From Neoconidiobolus thromboides FSU 785 (taxonomy: Eukaryota > Fungi > Entomophthoromycota): 64,000 nucleotides of DNA. How positions within the stretch are numbered: position 1 is the first letter of the stretch; every line of letters starts with the position of its first letter. Of this stretch, positions 13,048 through 25,074 are shown piece after piece. Below the pieces are notes generated by a model, which was given only the letters and a program-made list of their open reading frames with translations, made no database searches and was not told the DNA's origin. The stretch lies in contig MU626290.1 in assembly GCA_025603075.1 (NCBI GenBank), positions 82,987 through 146,986 of the forward strand, read 5' to 3'. Made by a program: the position numbers and the translations under genes.

Positions 13048-13142
13048 GTGGATGTTTTTTGGTTTCATTACTTTTACATTTTTTAAGCACTATTTGAACA
13101 GAAAGATTTTTAGTAAAATTCTTAAATACATAATACATCTCC
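13048..13142 (-). mobile_element. MITE copy 7
   Basis: Reverse family core, AT flanks. Confidence 0.85.
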
Positions 13143-13493
13143 ATATTAAAAATTAATAGTATAATAGAAAACTATTTAGCCTATCTTAATTATACCACTA
13201 ATATTTTTTCGATTGAAATTTATTTTTGATAATTGCTTAATTTTACAAAAGCTAGTTATAGTTGCAGTTAATTACTTTTGCCGCCTGCACCATATAAAAA
13301 GGTCAGATTTAAAAAATCACTATAAAAACAGTGGAAAAACATTGTTTATTTCTAAAGCCTAAAAAATAGAACTTAGTCTAAAATTTACTGTTAACTTACA
13401 CAACCAATCAATCTAATCCATCCAATTTCCAAATAATTCAACAATTCAATTTTAATTTTCTATTTCTTCAACACTCATAAAACATAAATTTAC

Positions 13494-14505
13494 ATGGATT
13501 CAATCAAGCCCGGTAACATTGACAATAAACTACCGCTTACACAATCAGCAACCACCTCAGTAATAAAGCATGCCTACAATGAGTTGAAGAATGTCAGTCA
13601 AACAGAAGAAATATCTTCCGAAGAAGAAATTCAAGAGAAAGAATTCCCACATTTATCAGGTAAAAAAATTATTGATCAAATTCGAGATATAGCAAAAAGT
13701 AAACTCAAAAGAGCATTGGAGACAGAAGATGAGGTAAGTCTCAATCAAATAATCTAATGAACTTATATTTTAACTGTAATTAATGTATAACAGAATAATG
13801 AAGAGATAACTGAAATTAATGGAATAGATCAAGAAAATATCATGGTGAATAGTTTGTTTTCCCATTTAAGAGGATTACAACGTGTTATTCAACAAAAATC
13901 AAATGAACAAAAAGAAAAAAATAAAAAAATAAAAGAAGATATTAATATTAAATATAAAAAATATAAAGCTAAAGAATTAGAAAACAAGGTATTGTTAGCT
14001 CAGAATAAAGCCATTATAAATGAAAGGTAGGCCAATTTGAATTAGAATATATGAACCAAGATTTATGGAACTTTTTTTAATAGAGAAAATGAAGCTACAA
14101 TTGAGTTAATGCCAGAAGATATATTTAATCAAAAAGTTGGGGAAGAGTACAACAAGCTTACGGATGAACATGAGAAATATGCTATAAAATTAAAAGAAGA
14201 ACTTATTGAACGCAAAAGGTAAACTATTAGATTAATAAAAGAAACTTACTAATAATGAAATTAATTCATAATATTTATTTAGACTAAATGCGATTATCAA
14301 TGGTTATGAATCACATAAATTTAAATTTAAAGTTCAACAATCTGTATTTGAAAAAGATCTTAGTAAAGTGAAAGCTCATGCTAAAACTTATAGTAATGTA
14401 AAGGTTTTCTAGGATTCATTTGTTTATCATATTTATAATTTATTGATTTAGTCCATTGCTTCATTAAGAGATGCCGTTGCTAAAGTCAAAACGACAGGGA
14501 AATAA
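13494..14505 (+). CDS. THOC5: THO complex subunit 5 (FmiP/Thoc5)-like coiled-coil protein, multi-exon
   Basis: SLFSHLRGLQR...IELMPEDIF...DEHEKYAIKLKEELIERKRL resembles the Thoc5 N-terminal pattern (from memory); introns inferred from GT/AG and frame. Confidence 0.6.
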
Positions 14506-14644
14506 TCAACTTGATTTACTTTTTTAATTACTTATAAATAAATTTAATTGTTGCTTCTATTTATTTATATATTGAGTTTGAATTAATGTTTTATTTAATA
14601 AATAAAATAATAGAATGGAAATAATAGAATATAATGGTTATTTT

Positions 14645-15161
14645 TTAACCCCAAGCTGGATTCGAACAATAATTTACAATTAACTGATTATCTACTTGAA
14701 AACACTAAATAATAGTTAATATCATATTTTACATATAAATAATCCATTGTATTACTTTAAATAAATTTAATACAGACTCATCAGGTGCTGGAGAAAACTG
14801 AGAGTTAATGTAACAAAACTAGAAAAATAATACTATCAGTTATCAATTCAACTTCATTTTACAGCTATAGATAAAAAAGAACATGCAAAAAACTATTTAC
14901 CAAAGCATCAGATTCTTTTAATTTAATTTGTTTCTTTAAAAAATTAACCAAAGTTTGAAATGGATAACTTGAATTAATTTTATAATGATTTTGAACCATA
15001 ATAGGTGCGTTTCCAACTGCTCGAAAACGAACTACAACTAAAGACATTTTAATAATCAATAATTAATAGTTGATAATTAAATATTCCTCTTTATTACCTT
15101 TATTTTTATCATCTTTTTTAGTTTTATTTGTTGAGGTTGAAATGCTACTTGTTTCTGACAT
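14645..15161 (-). CDS. ATG12: Ubiquitin-like autophagy protein Atg12; 4 exons
   Basis: VVVRFRAVGNAPIM...FCYINSQFSPAPDE...LIVNYCSNPAWG*. Confidence 0.95.
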
Positions 15162-15387
15162 GATAAAAAATGAATACAAAATTAGAATTCAAGTTTTAAG
15201 CAGTAGCCATTTTTATTCGCACATTATTGGAATTGAATTACAAAAATAACTACATTGAAATGAAATTGATTATGTCATTATTAAAAAAGAATAAAATCAA
15301 AATTTGAATATATAATCAAAATGAGTATATAAATTATGTTTCTTTATTTCATTTAATAAAAAGTAGAATCATTGTATTCCAAATAGT

Positions 15388-16917
15388 ATGCCCGCCTTAG
15401 GAATTATTGATATTGGCTCCAATGCTATACGTTTTAGTATTTTAAATGAATTACGCCCTTGTTTACCTATGATTTATAGTGAAAGAATCAAGATTGCTTT
15501 ATTACCTGAAATTGAAGAGTTAGGAGAAATAAAGCAAGAGACGTTAAAAAATATAATCAATGATTTTAAAAGATGTAAGTTGATATTGGAGAGCTACGAT
15601 AAAGAGTATGAAATGAAATTAGTAGCTACGGAATCAATAAGGAATTTAAAAGATCAACTAAGTTTTATTGAGTTAATTAAGAAAGAATTAAATTGGGATT
15701 TAACAATATTAACCAAAGAAGAAGAATCCAAGATTACTAGTTTTGGGGTAGTATCTTGTATTTATAATGTCAATGGATTAATCTTTGATTTAGGTGGTGG
15801 TAGTTTAGAAATTAATTATTTAAATACCAAAGATAAGACTATTAAAACTCAACCACAATCTTTAACTTTAGGTTCCCAAAGACTATTAGCGTATAAAAAC
15901 GGAGAGAATGGAAATATAGAAGAGATTATTGAAAAACAATTAAAACAAGGTTTATTGGATTTAAATGAAAAAAAATTTCAATATGAGAATGTTTATTTTT
16001 CGGGTGGCGGTTTAAGAAGTATTGGTTATTTATATATTCATGAGAACAATATTAAAAATTTTATCATGAATGGGTTGGTTATTAAAAGAGATGAGCTTAT
16101 GGCTGTTTTAAATAGGTACATTTCAATGAAACAAGAAGATATTAATAAATTAGATATTCATCATATATCTAACCAAAGAAAAAGTCAATTGAAAGGTAAT
16201 TGTTCAATAGCAAATAAAGTATTACAATTATTACCTAATATCAATAATATTATATTTTCAATTGGTGGAGTACGACATGGATTAGCATATCAATTAATTG
16301 AAAATCAAACAATATCACCCTTTTTAGATTCAATTAACTATTTTTTAAAAAACAAATCAAAGTTATTTAAAGAAGTTGAAGAATATATATATATATTATT
16401 TAAAGATATATATCAACAATATAATGTTAATAATGAATCATTAAAAGCAATCATTAAATTATGCCAATTTTGTAATTTTTTAAATAAAGATCATTTAGGA
16501 CATTATTTATTAAATCTTCTACTTGGAACCGGTGAATTGGCTATGTGTCCGGGTATTTTAATTGAACAAAGATGTGAGTTAGCTATTTTATTAACTTATG
16601 TTTATGGTGAAAATATGGATATTAGTTTAATTAAATCCTATTTACCAATCAAGATTAAAAAACAGCGAGTTAAACAATTAAAATTATTAGGTAGGTTAAC
16701 GGAATTAATATTAGCTTTACAACCGTTAGCTTATAGTAATAAAGAATTTATGAAGTTGGAATCAAAACTGAAATTTAAGATTATTGATGAGGTAAACGAA
16801 GTAGAGATTACTTTTAAAGACTTGTTTTTAATAGCCAAATCAGAATCATGGAGAAAAAAGATGGATAAAATTAATAATATGGAGAATGTAAAGCTTAATG
16901 TATCTATTTTAGAATAG
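15388..16917 (+). CDS. RTG2: Ppx/GppA-family protein, Rtg2-like, intronless
   Basis: GIIDIGSNAIRFSI, FDLGGGSLEI, YFSGGGLRSIGY, GGVRHG match Ppx/GppA and fungal Rtg2 motifs. Confidence 0.8.
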   Translation: MPALGIIDIGSNAIRFSILNELRPCLPMIYSERIKIALLPEIEELGEIKQETLKNIINDFKRCKLILESYDKEYEMKLVATESIRNLKDQLSFIELIKKELNWDLTILTKEEESKITSFGVVSCIYNVNGLIFDLGGGSLEINYLNTKDKTIKTQPQSLTLGSQRLLAYKNGENGNIEEIIEKQLKQGLLDLNEKKFQYENVYFSGGGLRSIGYLYIHENNIKNFIMNGLVIKRDELMAVLNRYISMKQEDINKLDIHHISNQRKSQLKGNCSIANKVLQLLPNINNIIFSIGGVRHGLAYQLIENQTISPFLDSINYFLKNKSKLFKEVEEYIYILFKDIYQQYNVNNESLKAIIKLCQFCNFLNKDHLGHYLLNLLLGTGELAMCPGILIEQRCELAILLTYVYGENMDISLIKSYLPIKIKKQRVKQLKLLGRLTELILALQPLAYSNKEFMKLESKLKFKIIDEVNEVEITFKDLFLIAKSESWRKKMDKINNMENVKLNVSILE

Positions 16918-17478
16918 AATAATTATGAGTGTAATAAAATCAAGCTATTCTATTTATACCTTCTATTTTACTATTTGTTTACTTATGTCTACTTACATTT
17001 ATACACAGATTTCTATGTTTTAAAAAGTTTATAATAAAATTATTTCATGTACAAAATAGTTGTATTCATAGACGTTAGTATAATTTAAATAGTAAACTAC
17101 ATCCTATTATAATATCTAATATGTCTTGAAGCAATTCTTTATAACAGTAATCTGTGATTAATAACAAATTATACCATCTATTCATTAACATTTTACTCAT
17201 AAGTTAATCTAATTTGGTAGACTATTACCTTTATAATTAGACAATATCAATACGCGTATGTAGGAATTTTCAGTATATATTATTTTGTATAATCCTAGTA
17301 TTTGATATATTATATATATTTAGTTTTATATTTAATACTAATATTAATATAATATACTAAATGAAGAAATATTGTCATTTAAATCAATTAATAATTTAAC
17401 CCATAATAACTACCAATCCAATTTAACTCAAAATAAAATACTAAAAAATAAAAAATTTCAAAGATTATTTATTAAATA

Positions 17479-18481
17479 ATGTTTTATAGGGGACTTATTA
17501 ATCGAAATTTATTTAAAACGGATATCAATAGTTTAAGTAAAATAATATTCATTTAATAGTACTATTAACTTACTTTAATTTTAATTAGCTAAAAGTTTAA
17601 CTAAATTAAACTTAAATACTCAACTATCTGCTCCAAAGTAAATATAAATATATTGTCCAATTTAATAACAAAGATTAATAATTAATTAAATAGATTAATT
17701 GCCTCAAAAATAGAATTTAAAAAATTTCATACCAATGTTAAATTATTAGAAGAAAAACCAGAACAACCAGTTAAACCAGATCAATCCGCTTCATCTTTAT
17801 TTTCTCAAACATTTAAAGAAATTGAAACCAAAGTAGAATTAGATAAATATGGTATACCAATAGAAAGAGAGGTAATTATCAATACATAATATGACATAAT
17901 ATATAATAGACGTTTATTTTAATAATTTTAATAATATCTCTATAGTATCGTTATTCTACCACTAATTTTAAAATCGGGTTACGTAAATTAATGTTATTAG
18001 CAAACCAAATATCTGGATTATCAATTAATCAAGCTATCTTACAAATGCAGTTTTCCCAGAAAAGAGCTAGTAAAAAAATTATGAATGCTTTAGTATTTTC
18101 TAGAAAAAATGCCCAATTACAAAAAAATTTTGATCCAGAGCGTATGTATATTGGTAATTAATTTTATACTTACTTTTTAGATACGATAAAATTAATCATT
18201 TTCTTTATTCATCTCTTCATCTAGCTCAAGCATGGGTAGGAAAAGGCAATTATATAACTAATTTAATAGATATTAAAGGAAGAGGAAGATTTGGTTTAAA
18301 AGAGCATCCATTTTGTCATATGAAATTTATATTTAAAGAAAAAGTAGAAAATCCAAAGCCAACTGTTGAAGGAATGAACGAACGTCGTAAAATTAAAGGT
18401 TTTTATCTTCGCCGTAATGTTTGGCATCCTCATAGAGATACTCGACCAATTTATAACCCAAAACCATTTTACAATTGGTGA
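17479..18481 (+). CDS. MRPL22: Mitochondrial ribosomal protein uL22m, multi-exon
   Basis: QISGLSINQAILQMQFSQKRAS, AQAWVGKG, IDIKGRGRFG, C-terminal YNPKPFYNW*; 5' exons less certain. Confidence 0.88.
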
Positions 18482-18808
18482 TAAGTTGAAATTTCAATCG
18501 ATTTAGTAGAAATATTAAAAATAAAAATATATAATAAATGATAAGATAATGTCGTTTATGAAATTGTATTTATCATGAGTTTATTGTTTTCAAAAACTTG
18601 AATGCTATTATTTATAAACGAAAGCACAAGTCAAATGACATTATAGAATAACTATAATTATAATTATACTCTAGAAAAAAACACTTTTTGTATTGTGCTA
18701 TACAATAAAACCATACTATTTATTTATGTTTAATATACTAATAAAATATGTCATTAATAAAAATCAGCTTTCATGAAAACTCTTGCCCTTGTATTTTATA
18801 AAAGATAT

Positions 18809-18906
18809 GGGTGCGTTTTTAACTTCATTACTTTTTCCATTTTTTTTAAGTGCTACTTAAGTGGAAAATTTGTTAGTAAAATTCTTGAACACAAAAATAC
18901 GTCCAC
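18809..18906 (-). mobile_element. MITE copy 8
   Basis: Reverse family core, AT flanks. Confidence 0.87.
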
Positions 18907-19249
18907 ATATAGTCAAAAATTAAAACTGAAAGTAATATTTAAAAATAAAATAAAATCCATCATTTTCAAAAATTTCAAATCAATAAATTTATAGTTTAAA
19001 GTTAGCTGTTTTAACTTTAATATTATTCTTAATTTACTATCATGTTATTAAGTTAGCGTTTAGTTAAAAAGATTGTTATAAAAAATCATGTCTTCTTCAC
19101 AATGCAATATCTAGAAAAAATGTCTAAAAAAATACTAAATAAGGTAAATATCATTAATGTAAAATACCAATAAATAAAGTTGTTAACTTTGAGATTAAAA
19201 ATCAAACATAAACTATCAGAAAAATTATGGTACAATCAAACTACTATAT

Positions 19250-19348
19250 GAGGATGTATTTTTTTGTGTAAGAATTTTACTAACAAATTTCCCACTTAAG
19301 TAGCGCTTAAAAAATGGAAAAAGTGATGAAACTATAAAAAACATTGCT
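19250..19348 (+). mobile_element. MITE copy 9
   Basis: Forward family core, AT flanks; shares private variants with copy 8. Confidence 0.87.
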
Positions 19349-19550
19349 ATATACTAATATAGAACATTGTTCTTTATTATGTTACCCATTGCATTTGTTA
19401 ACACCGCAATCTAAGCTACTATAGGAACCAATAGTCTTTTAAAACAAGGTGATGTTGATCTCTGTAGAGACACTTAAGGAGTCTTTGAGATTTCACTTTT
19501 AAATATCAATATGAAAATCCCTTAATATATAAAGATGAAGAAGAGAATAT

Positions 19551-19648
19551 AGGGATGTATTTTTAGATTTAAGAATCTTATTAACAATTTTCCCACTTAA
19601 ATAACACTTAAAAGATAGAAAAAGTAATAAAGCCAAAAAAACACCTCC
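19551..19648 (+). mobile_element. MITE copy 10
   Basis: AT|AGGGATGT...ACACCTCC|AT. Confidence 0.87.
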
Positions 19649-20832
19649 ATATTATACTTGGATAGGGCGAATACTACGATCCGTTTAAACCGTGGGAAGG
19701 GAGCAAAAATGGCTACGCACTTAAAATAACATGAATGTAAATGTTGGTGTTATAAGATGGTATGGATAAAATATTGATGTTAAGTTAATGAAGCATGAGT
19801 TTGATGAAGCATATAGTATTAAGTGTGATTATCGAACATACATCGAATTAACCAGAAATAGCAACCTTAGAGAGGAATTAAATAGGTGTAATAAGAATTA
19901 CACTAAACTTGAAGGCTTAAATGTACTTCTTTTGTTTATCATCCAATTTCATTAATGGATAACATTGCTAATGTTATTAGTAATACACATTTAATATTGG
20001 GCCTTCGTGTTTGAATTTTTTGATTTTAGGTTATCTATATCTAATAACATGTTTTGAAAAGCTAATTCTAATAATAGTCAACATTTTTTATAAGTATATA
20101 GGTATTTCAACTACTTTTAATTTCCAATTGTTTAATATACTAAACAATTTTATTTTGTTGATAATGCTTTTATTTTTTATTCAATAATGATGGGTGTTTT
20201 CAGAAACATAAATAGAATTTTAAAGAGTAAATTATTCATTAGGAAACTTAAATGAAATAAAAATGTAGTCTAAAAATAACTTGTTTTAATACAATCTTAA
20301 ATAATCGTACGTATGTTTTCAATAGAATAAAACAGCAGTTAAAGGCCATAAAGTTTATATTTATCTACATGTTATATAATAGTCTTATTATTTTGATATT
20401 TAATCTAATTTGATACTTATTTTATTTATCTTACTTTTTATTTTGATTAATTGTTTTAATAAATCAATTAATATAAAAAATATATCAATTTTAAGTTTTT
20501 GAAAAAAAATTCGTTACTTTGATATTCTTATTAGTAGACGTTAACATTTTGTTACTTAGTTGATCTTACCCATTTTGTTATCTTAGTTTAAATGTGGGTG
20601 TTAAAACGGTATTTGATTGGTGGAAAAGCATAAAAAACCAATCAAGTTTTTAAAAATTAGTAAAGAGGGAGGCTAAAGGTCACAATTAATCAAATGTATC
20701 ATATCAAGCTGGTAGGCTTTAAAAATAAATAGATAAACAGAAAAATTATAAATTTAGTCTTTTTTTTTAATTTTGAAAATTTTACTTTGCTATTTATTTA
20801 AAAGTTTTTATATTCAATTTCTTTCTTTAATC

Positions 20833-21630
20833 ATGAGCGTTTTAAGTTTACCATGGAACCTTATCCCTTTTACAACTAAACAAAATGGTGGTATCTTTAA
20901 TCACCAGAAAATTGATGAATCTATTCAATGTACTTTAAGGGCTATTGACGAAGATTGCAGAGGTGATAATGACGTTGCTATTGATTTATATTTTGAGGCT
21001 TTATCTTCAATGATAGATGCATTACCAGGTAGTTTTATTCATTTTTATATTATTGTAAACTAATCTTTTTAGAAAGTAAAGATCCAAAACGTAATAAGTT
21101 AATTAAACATAAATTTGCCACAATCATATCTCGTAAAGTTCATGCCATTGAGCTTCCACATATGCCAAGGTAATTTATTACTTTTTAAAGCTTTACATGA
21201 TACTAATAATATAAGGCGAGTTGCAAGTGAAAGTAGTTTATCAAGTATTAATTTAAACGATAGTATAGATCAAAAGAGAGGTCAAGATGGTAAAAATAAT
21301 AAACCATCTACATTATCTGATAGAGTAGTTCAAGCCGCAGTAGCAGGAGCAGTGGCTTTAAAACAATCTCCTTTACCTGATGCTGTACGCTCAACTGTAA
21401 GTTATACGATTCAAAAAGCTCAAGCTATTGATAAATATATTGGGGTTCAAAGTATGTGTTGGGAAGTTGGCAAAGTAGGTATCAATAAAGCATTAGAATT
21501 GGATGAACAATATAATTTACATGAAAAAGTATCAGCCGCATTAATGACTTCAGCTACAGCAGTAATTAGAGCAGGGATAGCTTATCAAGAAGCTGCTTCT
21601 TACAAAGATTTACGTAAAGAGAGAGAATAG
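20833..21630 (+). CDS. MIT-domain-like protein of unknown function; 3 exons
   Basis: TLRAIDEDCRGDNDVAIDLYFEALSSMIDALP resembles an MIT helix pair; conserved-looking helical C-terminus (AVAGAVALKQSPLPDAV...ELDEQYNLHEKV); GT-AG introns restore the frame. Confidence 0.6.
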
Positions 21631-22959
21631 ATAGAATTGACATATCAAGCAATTTTTAGACATGTTGGTATTTATTTGGTATTCTTATTTTTTGTTATTA
21701 TCATCCTTTACTTTTCTAGTTTATACCCTTGAAATATAATAATATTAGAATTATATGTTTTTAATTAAATGTTAAGTTGAACGTTGAATATTTATTTTTA
21801 CTTCTTTGTTAATGAATTCGGCATTTTTAATTTAAATTTAGTTAGGGACTTAATGATGTAAGGTTTTTTAATTTAAAAAAATGACAAAATAATGAGAATA
21901 ATATTAATATTTTAATTATATTCTCTTAATTCCGCCTTGAGTTTATTCTAAATAACAAATGGGACTAAAGTTTTGAATTTATTAACATCATCTTTTAGAT
22001 ATGATTATTAATTCAATATGTTTGATTTTAAAGAGAGTATTTACTACAATGGTAAAAATATAAAGAATAACTTTGAGTTTAATTTAAAACTTTCTAAAGC
22101 TTATTTATTATAAATATACTCAATTTATTTCAACCTATTGTTCTAATTGTAAAGTAAGATAGTATTGTTTATTAACATAACAAAAGGATTTGCTTATAAA
22201 AGTGTAGAGCTATTGGTGAGGTGAAAAGTATGGGTTTATTACTAAAAGACGAATTTAAAATCCGCAAATTGAAATATCATTAATTACAAGTTTAGATTAC
22301 TAATAAACTTTTTATTAGTAATTATAGTCATTATACAATTCAAATATTGAAATTTATTAACTTTATCCCCTAGTGTAAAGTATAAAAGTTTATTATTAGA
22401 AGGTTATGAATTTATATATATTAATGTAATCACCTAAAATATAATATTAAAAATGCCTTGAACTTGCAAAATAGAATTTACAATCATTTCAGTATTTATC
22501 AAACTTTAAAGCAATAGTTGAAATACATTTAAAATACTTGAAATTCTATTTATTGCATTTCCTATATTAAGTAAAGGCTAGATTAAGGCTTAGGGCGAAA
22601 CCAGAACAGAATAGTTTCTAAAAATAAATAAGCATTGCTTTTTAAAATTAAAGCAGGATTAAATTTCATTATTGACTTGTGTATTTTATCATATTTATGA
22701 ACTAGCTAAACTAAAATTCTATTTAAAAATTCTATTTTCAATACTAAAAATTGGTGCAACAAATTCACTTAATTTCACCTATCAAATTTATTTGAACTCC
22801 AAATTAAATTTAATAATTATTATTTTTAATTAAATTTAAATGTCATACTTAACTATCCTTTAATTTTATTTATTTTATTTGAAGTGACTCAATTTCAACC
22901 TTACTTTCTTATCAATTTATATGAACTCAATTATTTAATATTTTATATAACTAATAAGC

Positions 22960-23964
22960 ATGAACGATATTCAATCTGATAAAGCAATAACTGAGATCTT
23001 ACAGTATTCTTCGCTTATTAAATACAATATTCTTTACGCAGTTATAGCACTATCAGTAATAGGCTTTATAATGAATTTTCTGGTGTTATTCTTTGTATTT
23101 CAACTTAAGGAAAAGAAGACGGTGGATACAAGGTTAGTAACCTCAATTGCTTTAGTCGACATAATAGCTTCGATTTCCACTATATTATTAGATGTACCAT
23201 TACTAATCACCAATTTCAATTTATTCTATCAACCATGGTTTCGAGTTTTGAATGGAGTGGTATTAAATGCTTTACATGCATCTTCACTATTACTAATTGG
23301 AATGTTAAGTTTAGAAAGATTTCTTTTAATTACTAAAAGTATAAGGCTTAAAGCATCTACTTGGTTTTCAATATCCTCTACATTAATCTTAATACTATGG
23401 TTATTGTATATATTAGCAGCCATTTTTAAAAAGATACGGTTGATGCCATCTGGAGCTTATTGTGAATTATTGATGTGGGAGGACAATATTAGTATGGCTT
23501 TTTACCTAATCACTTCACTTTTATTAACAATCTGTGGTATTGCTATGACTTATTTTTATTTAAAAATTATTTGTTATTCTAAAAAAATCAGTGTAGAACT
23601 TAATCATTTAACAAATGAAATCAACCGTGGTATACCTAATATCGGAGAAGGAATATGCAATTATTTAAATGAAAATTTAAATACAAATCCGGTCAAAAAG
23701 AATGATAAAGTGAATCGACGTTGTATTGTTTTTATAGTAATATACAATATTTGCTTTTTGCCGTTTATTGTAGCTTTGTTATATGAATTATTTAATGGAG
23801 ACCCCAATCTTCCAATGGATTGTTTAAATCCTATATCATTTGCTGCTACTTCCTGTTGTAATCCAATATTAACTTTATTACTGCATAAACCTACAAGAAC
23901 AAGAGCAATTCAATTTTTTGTAAAGAATAAACCAATTGTTGAGAATCAAACGAACAAAGTGTAA
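22960..23964 (+). CDS. Class-A (rhodopsin-like) 7TM GPCR-like protein, intronless
   Basis: Seven hydrophobic segments; TM3 end LSLERF (E/DRY-like), ECL2 GAYC, TM6 ICFLPF, TM7 CCNPIL. Confidence 0.82.
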   Translation: MNDIQSDKAITEILQYSSLIKYNILYAVIALSVIGFIMNFLVLFFVFQLKEKKTVDTRLVTSIALVDIIASISTILLDVPLLITNFNLFYQPWFRVLNGVVLNALHASSLLLIGMLSLERFLLITKSIRLKASTWFSISSTLILILWLLYILAAIFKKIRLMPSGAYCELLMWEDNISMAFYLITSLLLTICGIAMTYFYLKIICYSKKISVELNHLTNEINRGIPNIGEGICNYLNENLNTNPVKKNDKVNRRCIVFIVIYNICFLPFIVALLYELFNGDPNLPMDCLNPISFAATSCCNPILTLLLHKPTRTRAIQFFVKNKPIVENQTNKV

Positions 23965-24751
23965 AAGATGAAATACTCAAAGATTTTACTTTAATACAAA
24001 CTCAAGAGTTAAGGGTTAAAGGTAACTTTATAGAGCTGAGCTCATTCCATTTTCAATAAAACACCCTAATTTTTATTTTTTATTATTTTATCATATTTTA
24101 TAAAAGAATTATAATGTAATATATTATATATAAGTATCCTTATTTTCAAAGTTAATAAACAATTAGTATCATTTGTTGAAAGAGAACCAAAATACCTTTA
24201 AATTATAATTTAAGTAAATAAGAATGAATTAGCGAAAATCAATGAATTGTTACTCAGGATAAGAACTTAATCTATTATTTATTATTTGCTTGGATATTAA
24301 ATTTAAAAGGTTGTATAGAAGTTAAATACATGGTTACTATAACCAAGGATAATTTTATAAACAACTTCTTCTAATGTCCAAATTTAATAATTCTATATTC
24401 GGTGCCATTAATTTTTATAAAGGTATTCCTAAAGTAATCTCCTCTTTTGGACGATTCGAACATGGTAATATATAAAACTGTCACAATTAATTTTTTTACA
24501 TAAAAAGTACTTTGTATTTGGAGATAAAAAATATTTACTGCTATAACTAATAGCTTTTTTATTTTTTTGGCCAAAAGTGATTACTTTAGGAATTACCTTT
24601 ATATCACATTTTGTTGGATAGAACTCTATTTAATATTATATTAATTTATTATATTCATTGAAAAGAATAATTAGTAGCTATAACTTTTATCCCAATATTA
24701 GTTGTTAATAATAATATACTTTTAATATATTGTTACTTTAAAGCAACTAAG

Positions 24752-24759
24752 TATAAATA
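24752..24759 (+). promoter_or_regulatory. Candidate TATA box of secreted peptide gene 1
   Basis: TATAAATA about 75 bp upstream of the ATG; the background is AT-rich, so weak. Confidence 0.35.
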
Positions 24760-24834
24760 CTCTACTTTAGCTTTCTTTTTATATCATACAATTTTAGTAT
24801 TTTAATATTTTAATATCTTACTACTCTATCTAAT

Positions 24835-25074
24835 ATGAAGTTTTCTGGTATATTACTCATAGTTACTGCTTTATCTGCTACCTCTGCTTTATCTATCCCT
24901 TCTAATATTGCAAGATCTTTTAGACAGGAAGCTAAGGATGTCGTTGTTCGTGGAATCGGTAAAAGTATTGTAGGTGCCCTTACCGATGTTGCTACTTCGG
25001 TTGTAGGCGATAAAGGTCTCATTGGTGGAGGTATTAAAGCTGCTGGTGGTCTCCTCCAAAAAATCATCCCTTAA
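24835..25074 (+). CDS. Small secreted prepropeptide, paralog 1 (79 aa)
   Basis: Signal peptide MKFSGILLIVTALSATSALS, pro-segment ending VVVR, amphipathic C-terminal 40 aa; ungapped paralog at 61834-62073. Confidence 0.85.
   Translation: MKFSGILLIVTALSATSALSIPSNIARSFRQEAKDVVVRGIGKSIVGALTDVATSVVGDKGLIGGGIKAAGGLLQKIIP

Noticed and set aside
18773-18994. ORF-track entries 18773-18994 and 31991-32209 as genes
   Set aside because: They are chance frames running through MITE copies 8 and 12, with non-ATG starts.
22960-23964. GPCR as a light-sensing opsin
   Set aside because: No Lys at the retinal-binding position in TM7 (AATSCCNP).
24810-25067. Antisense ORFs over the peptide genes (also 61821-62012) and over VMA3, the F-box gene, eEF2 and the transporter
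   Set aside because: Shadow frames of real genes, with non-ATG starts and no independent motifs.
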